A stretch of DNA of 63,877 nt, counting the filler, from Reticulomyxa filosa (lineage: Eukaryota > Protista > Foraminifera): assembly GCA_000512085.1 (NCBI GenBank). It is 18 parts of 18 records of this genome, joined end to end, with 100 filler letters (N's around TTAATTAATTAA, not from the genome) between each part and the next. Parts side by side here need not be neighbours in the genome. Positions count along the whole stretch, not along the records: positions 50,228 to 57,048 come from ASPP01027430.1; positions 57,149 to 59,882 come from ASPP01018419.1; positions 59,983 to 62,545 come from ASPP01036945.1; positions 62,646 to 63,877 come from ASPP01035546.1; 14 more parts are not named here. One strand, 5' to 3'. The notes beneath the pieces were generated by a model. That model saw only the letters and a list, made by a program, of their open reading frames with translations, did not search any database and had not been told where the DNA came from. The translations under genes were made by a program, and so were the position numbers. Positions 55,025-63,877 of the stretch are shown one piece after another (within the stretch, counting starts at the first letter, position 1; every line of letters starts with the position of its first letter).

Positions 55025-55842
55025 TCAGTGTCGTTTTAATTGCACATTCCTCGTTAGAAAATGTATATTATCCCCAAATATGAATTGGACCTTCGTATGA
55101 ACCATAACACAATTTAAAATCATAATCGACATTTTTTTCATTTTTATTTTTCTTTTCTTTTTTTTTAATGGCAAAAATTTAAGACGTGTTATTCTATCAT
55201 CTTCATTTTCTTTTTCTTTAATCATATATAATTCATTCTTATTTGATCGAATATCCCAAAAACAAATTGTGTTATCTTGTGATCCAGAACATATCACATT
55301 TGAATTTCCACAAATATCGATATTATTTATTACAAATGGTGAATATTCAACTGCATCTATAATATCTGTGTGTCCATTGAATATTTGAATTTGTTTACCA
55401 GACCGAATATCCCACAAACGAACACTTGTATCTTCTGATCCAGATAATATTGTATTTAATAATTCATTTGATCCATATTTTACACTGCACACTGCCCCTT
55501 TATACCCTTTGAGTATAATGATTTGTTTGGTTATTTTAATATCTCATGTACGAATGTTATTACCCCTTGATCCAGAACAAATTGTATATCCATTTCCACC
55601 AATCACACCAATACTATTACTTTTATTACCATTATTGTCGTTATTGCTTTGCATTGGCGACATACCAATAGATCTGATACTTTTTGTGTGCCCATTAAAA
55701 ACATATAATTATTTGGATGTTTCAATATCCCATAAACGAATTGTTTTGTCACATGATCCAAAACATAAATATCGACCATTATTAAATGATGAAAATTCAA
55801 TTCCACAACAACATCAGTATGCCCATAAAATACTTTAAACAA
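55025..55842 (-). pseudogene. WD40-repeat gene, disrupted
   Basis: FYGHTD, DKTIRLWDIETSK*, GGNGYTICSGSRGNNIRT*DI, ILSGSEDTSVRLWDIRSGKQIQIFNGHT, ICSGSQDNTICFWDIR. Two nonsense codons and two frameshifts; no N-terminal region. Confidence 0.85.
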
Positions 55843-56297
55843 AGAAATGTTGTTTTATCATTAAATGCCATTAAGCTGTGTTATCAAGGTGATATTTGCA
55901 TCCGGTGCACATCCATTTGAGAAAAAAATCGCAAAATACATCGATTTAGTTTGAAACGAAGTTGTCAAGTGTCGTAATTTGACAAAACGAAACGAGTCGA
56001 TGAACATTTGTTAACAGTGACAATTATGAGGTAACAAACCTGGTTAAACAAATGTGACCATAAAAATATGTAATTGATCAAATGGGTTGTAAGACTTTTT
56101 TTTGAGGAAGGGGCTTAACCGGGTAGAAAAAGCGTAAACATTAATATATTTGATGGAAAACACAAGTTGAGAAAGTTATATACTTTAAAAGTATCAATTA
56201 TTTTACCTGAGGTAAAACGTCTATAAATTTGGGTTCCTTATTGGATATGTACCAGTTGTTTTGGTGTGCTTTAAAAAAACTAGGCCGAAACAGGAAA

Positions 56298-57048
56298 ATG
56301 GGCAGTATTTCAATTAGTCATGTTTTGTTTGTTTTTTGTGTAAATTTGCATTTTTGGGCTTCAAGTATTGCCACTAATTCCACTTGTAATGTTCCAGCCA
56401 CCCAACGTCACGACTGCGGTTATGTTGGGATTCAACAAGACCAGTGTGAAGGCCGGGGTTGTTGTTGGGCAGTTGGGAATATATTTAATTGTAACCAACA
56501 AAAGAAAAAAAAGAAAAGAGTAAAACAAAACAAATAAACAAACAAACAAAAACATGACCAATAGCCCGTTGCTCCATCATCTCCTTGGTATGACCGAAAG
56601 GACGAATGTTCACACATAAAAAAAAAAAAAAGAGAACCAAGTGTTTGACTATACATAAGCATATGCATATGCACACATGCATATACACATATGTATATAT
56701 GCGTGTATGTACATATACATATATATATTTGAGAATGTGAACAAAAAAGGTGTTTCAACCACTCGACATTTGCCCCATCACAAGCGCCAACGAGATCTCC
56801 AAGTGTGATTCCTTCACGAGTGCCGAGTAACAGTCCATCGACAAGTCCAAGCAAATATCCGACATGGCATCCAAGCAAAGCCCCATCATCAAGTCCCAGT
56901 GAAATACCAACAAAAAGTCCAAGCCAGCTTCCAACCAATGCACCAACCAACACACCAACCAATGTACCAATCAATGCACCAACCAATGCACCGACCAATG
57001 TGCTAACCAATGTACCAACCAATGTACCAACCAATGTACCAACCAATG
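56298..57048 (+). CDS. Secreted trefoil (P-type) domain protein with Pro/Thr/Ser mucin-like stalk; exons 56298-56471, 56565-56587, 56750->57048
   Basis: Signal-like MGSISISHVLFVFCVNLHFWASSIA. Splicing gives CNVPATQRHDCGYVGIQQDQCEGRGCCWA|PVAPSSP|WCF, a full six-Cys trefoil consensus, followed by P-S/T-x-x repeats. Confidence 0.9.
56931..57048 (+). repeat. 12-bp tandem repeat (CCAACCAATGYA)n encoding PTN(A/V)
   Basis: Directly visible; the contig breaks inside the array. Confidence 0.95.
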
Positions 57049-57184
57049 NNNNNNNNNNNNNNNNNNNNNNNNNNNNNNNNNNNNNNNNNNNNTTAATTAA
57101 TTAANNNNNNNNNNNNNNNNNNNNNNNNNNNNNNNNNNNNNNNNNNNNAAAAAAAAAAAAAAAAAAAACAAGTACGAAACAAAC

Positions 57185-57868
57185 CTGTTTAAAACCGACC
57201 CAATTACGAAGCTCTTCCGAAACGAAAAATGATCGATCTGGCGACTCGGGACACCAATGGCAAGGCACAATGATTTGCAAATCCTCCAAATCCGTCTCGT
57301 CGTATTCGTGAATTTGGGGTTTCAATTCCGGCATTTTCTCATTTTCATAGCCGATCCCACTCATTGAATTTATTTGTGTGTGAACTTCGATTGGCTCGGT
57401 TATTCCATCCCCTCTCTTCCCTAGTGGTTGTCCACTTTGATACCCACGTTTTTGCTATATCATATGTTTGTCACTGTTGTTTTCTTTTTTTTTTTTTTTT
57501 GGATGGATCACTAAAATAAAATAAAATAAAAATACCATATATCTCTGTGCCATTGCACCAAATTTATGTGTCACTGATGACTGGGAATGAACAGAGTCAA
57601 AGGATCGAGAAGCCTCATTGTTGGCTTGGCTGTGGTTCTCGTTGTCTTCGTATTTTATAGAAATTTCTGTTGTTGAGTCAATATTGCCAGAATTATTGTC
57701 ATTGACAAGAAGTTGGTCTGATAAATCGTCGTCGTCTCCAACTCCCCATGCATCCGGGTTGAGCAGTGGTTTTCGGAATTCTACTCCGACGTCATGTCTC
57801 GGATCAAGTCCTCCAAGACGAGGCTTTTTAGAGGGAGGTGCAACACTATCACTCAATTTGTGCTTCAT
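57185..57868 (-). CDS. G-patch protein resembling the N-terminus of cap1 2'-O-methyltransferase; exons 57868-57536 and 57454-57185
   Basis: Spliced G-patch FGAMAQRYM|QKRGYQSGQPLGKRGDGITEPIEVHTQINSMSGIGY and NLS-like PPSKKPRL. Downstream HWCPES..EELRNWV resembles the CMTR1 segment after the G-patch. The methyltransferase domain is not in the contig. Confidence 0.65.
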
Positions 57869-58613
57869 TGTTGGATTTTCAATGGCATAATATCAACAAA
57901 AAAAAAAAACTGGAAAAAAAAGGTGCCAGCGTACCTTACTAGACAACACTACTAGCACGTTGACAGGGTTACAAGTTATATACTCAATGAATAGCCTCTT
58001 TTCTAGTCCTTTTTGATTGCACTCATTTAAATTTATGTAAATCTCTAATCGTAAGTTTATTCCTAACACAATGGGGCGTTAAAATAAATTTTAAAAGTGG
58101 TGCATGCAATTTACTTATGCTTTTTCAGAACAAATTTCAATGTAGTTGTAAGATATTTAAAGGACATATCTCAAATTAATCAAAAAATTTTGAACAAGTT
58201 CATGTAATTTTGCAACGTATAGTCTTGCACAAATTTAAAATGAAAGTTGATGAGTAAATTAGAAAGAAACACACATGAAACGACTCTCTTTGTCGGATAA
58301 GTTCTGTTTTGATGGTGCAAGACCATGAAAATGTCTACAGAATAAAGTAAACGAAAGTGGGAAAAGTTGCAGCGGAAAAAGTGTAAAGCGAGTAAAAGTT
58401 TGACACGCTATTTTTTTCGATTAATCAAAAAGATCTTTTACAAGAAAGCAATTCATTTGTTGTGTCTCTCCCGAGTTCGAGTAATTTGATAAACAAAGAT
58501 TTGCATGCATGACACAAAAGCAGGTAATAAATAAAAGAAATGAATTTTTTTTTAGCTGTTTTCAAGACGAAATATAAAGAAAAGCAAAAAAAAAAAAATA
58601 AATAAATAAATAA

Positions 58614-59882
58614 AATGAAACCCTTGGAAAGGCGACCACTTGGGCTGATCGTCTGCACGAATTGCAGAAAATTGGGCCATCAATATCACAAACGCCATTA
58701 ACTCCAAATGGAGGGATGAGTTCATCAACAATGACACCATCCCCACCACCGAGCATGTCAGTAACAGCAGGCGTGCCTTTCAATCCCTACCATGGCGGCA
58801 ACGGTCTCTCTTCTCATCGCAACGTGTCATCCTCCTCGCAGATGCATCCAGAGGAAAGAGTGAGCAGTTATAGTGATCGAAAAAAAAAGAAGCGTAGCAC
58901 TATTGAAGCAGATCGTTGGCAATCGTTGGAATTGAAGTTGAACAATCGAGTGATGGTGAAGAATGAGACGAATGGATATGAAAGGAGTGCACCCTCACAT
59001 ATATCGTTGTCCGAACTGGAAGAAGCTCAATATAAAGAAAAGACAAACATGGACAAAAGCCGCGCGTTCCAAACGAAGCGATCTCCCACGGGTGATTCGG
59101 CTCATGACCCAACGGGGCCCATGAACAAGTCCAGAGGACATTACGAAAAGAGACAAAGTAGTGGGCGCAGAGTGGATAAGGGCAGTGGGATGTTGTTGAC
59201 AGAAAGAATGGCAAGAAAACAGCCAATTCGAAAAGACGTCGATGACAATGATGATGGGGATGATAGTGAAGAAAAGGGGGAGAGTGATGATGATAACCAC
59301 GACGACGACGATAACGACGACGACGATAACGATAACGATGATGATGATGATGATGATGATGATCAAGAAAAAGAAAAATATCAACACTCATTTCAAAAAC
59401 AAAATATAAAACTTAATAACAATAATAACAATAATGATAATGGCGATGATGGCTTTGGATATCATCCCAATCAACGGATACCTCGTCTCTTGTACAATGT
59501 CCACGAAGCAACGACCCCGACGAATAACAAAAAACAAAAAAAAACAAAAAAAAGGAAGGACCAAGACGATGCACGAACGTGAGATAATTCGCATTGAGCA
59601 CCGCAACCGAAGTAACTCGATGGAAAAAAAGATGCATTTGAGGAGTAAAAGCAGTGACGAACGAGGTCCTCATTATCATCCTAGGAATGAAGAGCATCGT
59701 TACGTCAATGGCAACAATCAAGAAGAAGGAGAAGAAAAAGAAGAAGAAGAAGAAGAAGAGGAGAAGGAAGATGATGACATTGATGATATCAACGATGACA
59801 ATGACGACAATGAAGAATATTCAAATCGCTTGCACAAATCGGCTCATTTCGAAAAAGGGGATATCACCTCGCAAAAAAAAAA
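58614..59882 (+). CDS. Low-complexity (D/E/N-rich, disordered) hypothetical protein, partial
   Basis: 306-aa ORF that continues into ORF 59434..59934 after a frameshift in A-runs near 59530-59553. Poly-D, poly-N and poly-E tracts. Confidence 0.55.
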
Positions 59883-59982
59883 NNNNNNNNNNNNNNNNNN
59901 NNNNNNNNNNNNNNNNNNNNNNNNNNTTAATTAATTAANNNNNNNNNNNNNNNNNNNNNNNNNNNNNNNNNNNNNNNNNNNN

Positions 59983-62280
59983 TGTTTGCTTGGGTCATTT
60001 TTGTATCGATATTTTGCAGCTTCGTGATTTGCCAATCTGCAATACTTACATACTTTGTGCTTCTTTGGACATTCACGAACAATATGGTTCAATCTATAGC
60101 ATTTCCTGCATTGCTTGAAATGCGATTTTGGCCTTAATTTGCTTTTGTCAAATGGTACCACTTTCACCATTGAACATCCAATCTGATATCATTGTCTTTT
60201 AATATCTTGATAACATCTTCAGTTTTGGATAGAAGCACCTTGATAATTGGCATCTTATGAAATCGTTTAACTTCTTGTATTTGATCCATAATCTTTTAAT
60301 GTCTCCTTGATTTCATTATCGCTTTCGCGGGTTGATACTCCTCGAAGCAGGGCATATCTATTTACTTCAGGATTAGCCAATGCTTATTCATGCTTTTTCT
60401 TTTGTTCAGCAGCAAATGTCTTACCATCTTGATTTTCTTTTTGTTCCATTTGTCAATTCTTCTTATCATTGAAGTTATGATCTAGTTGAGTTAGTTGCTG
60501 CTCATTAACATCAACTGCAAAATGGACAAATAATGTACTGAAATTTCCGGAAAATGTATGGGCTAATAATTTTCTGGCCAACACATTCTCGTTTCTTAAT
60601 CCAAGGAACTTAATCACCAATGTTGCTGATTTAAGTTCTCTGGGCTTGATTGGAGTGACGACGATCGTTGGCGTATTCGTACACAGAAATTGTCGTCGAA
60701 TTTGCATGTTTTTCTCCTTTTCTTCGTTTTGTTGCATACTTGAGTTGTGTAATACAACTTGAAACGTCGATGATTGATGCTTTGCTTTCTTTGCAACTTA
60801 TCCTTTAATCTATCATCTGGCGTCTTTCGTTTTATGGCTATTCGCCTTGTGCTACTTGTGTCGACGTCCATGTCATTATTCTACGTCATTTTGGATTGTC
60901 GTTGTTTGTTTCTGGTATCAATTTCCAATGCCAGCATTTGATAGTTCACTAGTGGTAAACATGTTCGGAAGTGTAGTTAACATGTTTGTCTTATCATTAG
61001 ATCGGATGCTTGATCCAATTACATGTGGGGTATTTTGTCCCAAAATGGCTTGCAGTAGAGCCGATTGGGGTAAAGACACATTGCCTCGACCGTCCGGATC
61101 GCCTTCACAAGCCTTGTTATCAGCGAGTGGGTTTCGGTTTTGCCGGAGGTTCAGTAGAAGTTACCCAACCATCGGAGTTCTGCCAAAGACAAAAGACTGG
61201 TATTTGCCTCGAGATTTCCAATTTCCCAGAAGGCGTCGAACACCCTTAAGGCTAAGCTAGGATAGATACCCTCTCACACAAGCCGCCCGTTGCCAGTAAA
61301 GGAGTTACTATCTCAATTACCAGGAGCTTGCACCTCGGTACACTTAAAGCAACTGAGGTCAATATACGCACTATGTTTTAAAGAACATCCACCTCTCACA
61401 GTCACACAATACGCAAGATGCAGAACCGACTACAATAGCCCCCCAAAAATGAATTGCAAAAAAAACAGCTGCCAAGCAATTGCGAAGGAAATTGCAATTA
61501 GAAAAGCATCAACATATGGTAGACAGCGTTAATTTGCTGCATGAAGGAAACACAAGAAATTTATTTACACAATTCAAGGCATTGAACACCAATAAAATAT
61601 GCATTATTCCAGCATTGGTGAACAAGTTCAGATATTGATAAAGCATATTTATTAGCAAAGACATCCGCAGAGCATCCTCAGTCTCCAAGAGATGTGGATG
61701 AGGAGCATTATGAACTGATATCAAATTTTAAGTGGCGATATCTAAACCGGAATTGAATGATGATTTCATTGGTGTTCAAAATGATATTACAAAAGAAGAA
61801 GTTATTGAAGCTATGAGACATTTGTCGCCTACAAAGCTCCTGATAACATTCACAATCAAATATGGAAAAAGGCAAATATTATGCCTATTCACAAGCCTGA
61901 CAGACGATTGCAATTGATCACTCATTTCATCGATATCACTTGTAAATATCGATGTCCAAAGTGCCGCGTATCAGCAAACATTCCACATTGAATATGTTGA
62001 TTTACGACTGTTGGTAAATCATTAATGTACAATACAACTCGATCTGATAAAAAGCTATCAATCCACCAATATAATCTTCCATCTAATTTAAATTCATTTC
62101 TCATTTTATATCAAATGCATTTCTCCAAACACTATCATATGATGCAGATATATCCAATAACACTGCATAAGTCACTGAATTGCAATCGAATGACTTGTGG
62201 ATCGTCTCAGTCGATAACAATTCATCTATGTTATGACACTACTTGAATCCTGCTTGTGTTTGATAATCCTTTCCATCAAT
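59983..62280. mobile_element. Decayed, internally rearranged non-LTR retrotransposon (LINE-like)
   Basis: Minus 59983-~60980: gag-like ORF1 with zinc knuckles QCRKCYRLNHIVREC and CKYCRLANH. Plus ~61390-61880: pre-RT region ITKEEVIEAMRHLSP/KAPDNIHNQ. Minus ~61921-62280: RT core QAGF..LLDISASYDSVW..WIDSFLSDR..LYINDL..MFAD. Confidence 0.88.
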
Positions 62281-62645
62281 TTTTTTTTTTTTTGATGATG
62301 GCTAGAAAGCCAAGATATTACTTTACAAGTTAAAAAAGCACTTCGTCAAAAATTGACACAGTACTTCTTAAAAAAACAAAATAAGGAAAGTCAAACTTTT
62401 CAACAGTATTTTTACTTTGAAATTTGAATAGAGATATTGGTCAGGTTAGCTGCAAGTTATGGTTGTTGGTTAACCAACATCGTATGCAAAGCCTTTATCT
62501 TTAATCAAATCTCATTTCAAAATCCAAATTAATTAAAATGTTTACNNNNNNNNNNNNNNNNNNNNNNNNNNNNNNNNNNNNNNNNNNNNTTAATTAATTA
62601 ANNNNNNNNNNNNNNNNNNNNNNNNNNNNNNNNNNNNNNNNNNNN

Positions 62646-63877
62646 CTTGCACAAGACTGATTAGGCTGCTTTCTTGCGACACAAGCAAAGGATAAAGGCT
62701 CATCGGTATTGCTGTGACCTCCACTACTACTACTAGCAACAGCATTGGCGTTGGCCGCACTTGACTCTTTGACCTTGTCTTGGTCGCGCTCATAGCGGTG
62801 AAAAGTATTAACCATCGGGGTCACCATGGAATCTTTCTTCAATATCAACATCGTGGTGTCTATCGTCGCGCTTGCCATGTCGTCGACGCTCACGCTGTGT
62901 ACTGTTACTACTATTTGTGTGTGCGTTGCCACTGACAGGGGATATCGTAGTTCCCGTGGATTTTTTATTATTATTTGAGCGTGCCAAGAACGTCAGCAAC
63001 GATCCTTTTGATGTGACATCTTTTCAATCACATAAAGACTTTGGAAGGTCGTTTGTATATACATATACATGTATATAACTTGTGGATAGAGTTAGCTTGG
63101 TACTGGAGTATAAGTCGAAATCATCAATAAAAAGCGATGAGTTGTCCTTGTGACCACCCGCCCCTATGACATGTCGCGATTTGATCGATGAATCATTGAT
63201 GACGGTACGACCATGTGACATTTCGGGCATTCTCTTTGGACTGGGAGGGAATAGAAGATTTGTCAGATGCAGAGACTGTGACGACGGTGTGCATATGAGA
63301 TTGAGGAGACTTGGTATCATATAAAACAGACTCGCACGAGTATGTCGACAGAATATCCGTAGTACTACTGGAAAAAGGTTGATAAATACGCGACCGAACG
63401 TCTGAAACGAACGCCATTATCGCCCTTACAAACTGTATGTTGTCAACCGCTTCATCGTATAATGTCTTCGATTGTTTTTTGTCTTTGGGGACTTGGTTCC
63501 CATCGCTTGGTCCATTATTATGAAATGTTCACGTGTATTGGGTTCTCCTTTTTAAAAAAAAAATAAAAAAATTCTTTTTTGTTGCTTTTTAAAAAAAAAT
63601 GATAAAAGACTCATTCACATCCGGCAGTGACGTTAGACAGTCGAACAATACCTTTACCAATATTGGTATCGTTGTGAAGTATATTCGGTTCACATTTTCT
63701 GTCATCATGGTCGGAGTTATCCTTTTCATCGTTGTTGGCTGCGTTTTGGTCGCTGTCGTGGAAAACGAACTATATGTGCATTCGTTGCACGATGGCACAG
63801 ACGAATGGTCATATTTCCTGATATTACGTTCTGCAAACAAGTGCAATTCATTGTTGATATGTAAAAAGATTGTTTGG
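62646..63877 (-). pseudogene. Ser/Thr-rich hypothetical gene fragment with several frameshifts
   Basis: Overlapping minus ORFs (63589-63846, 63193-63417, 63024-63320, 62808-62999, 62646-62932) with introns near 63550-63617 and 63040-63079. Frames switch inside exons. Confidence 0.45.

Noticed and set aside
7260-55546. Genome-wide TGA=Trp recoding
   Set aside because: Intact genes use TGG for Trp with no internal TGA, TGA ends the WD40 ORF at 3594, and the affected genes also carry TAA stops or frameshifts.
56432-57046. 204-aa minus-strand 'membrane protein' (LVGT/LVGA repeats)
   Set aside because: Antisense shadow of the PTN mucin repeat; the plus strand carries the signal peptide, trefoil and splice sites.
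2169-62645. Regularly recurring TTAATTAATTAA palindrome as a CRISPR-like or biological repeat
   Set aside because: Always centred in exactly 100 nt of N padding and encodes stops in all six frames, so it is an assembly linker. ORFs ending in XXX-LIN or XXX-N are artefacts.
1-63877. A multi-gene system, e.g. RABGGTB + DENND6 (Rab pathway) or UGDH + trefoil-mucin (glycan secretion)
   Set aside because: These pairs sit on different contigs joined artificially, so co-occurrence carries no linkage information.
1-63877. tRNA, rRNA or telomeric repeats
   Set aside because: No cloverleaf/T-loop pattern, rRNA-like block or telomere-type array was seen by eye; tRNAscan-SE and Infernal would be needed to exclude them formally.

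Overview
This is not one continuous locus. It is 18 short, strongly AT-rich eukaryotic contigs joined by 17 identical artificial 100-nt spacers (N44-TTAATTAATTAA-N44, which places stops in all six frames). Genes have GT-AG spliceosomal introns rich in homopolymers and microsatellites, and many ORFs are decayed. The expanded families (Kelch+WD40, RING/TRAF-like+WD40, TPR, ART-like 'LYCG' proteins, PB1-like N-termini) resemble those of the foraminiferan Reticulomyxa filosa; that assignment is inference from family style, not a search result. Recognisable genes are a complete 4-exon UDP-glucose 6-dehydrogenase, a partial DENND6, exon 1 of Rab geranylgeranyltransferase beta, a G-patch protein resembling the CMTR1 N-terminus, a membrane-anchored JmjC/cupin-like protein, and a secreted trefoil (P-domain) protein with a mucin-like stalk whose trefoil is completed by a 23-nt micro-exon. 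There is also a rearranged non-LTR retrotransposon relic and a ~350-bp non-coding repeat shared by two contigs. No rRNA, tRNA, CRISPR array or prokaryotic operon is evident, and I cannot support a new multi-gene system because adjacency across spacers is artificial. The best leads are the trefoil-mucin gene, an inverted intron architecture (T-rich 5' half, A-rich 3' half, no polypyrimidine tract), the dispersed repeat and the ART-like family.
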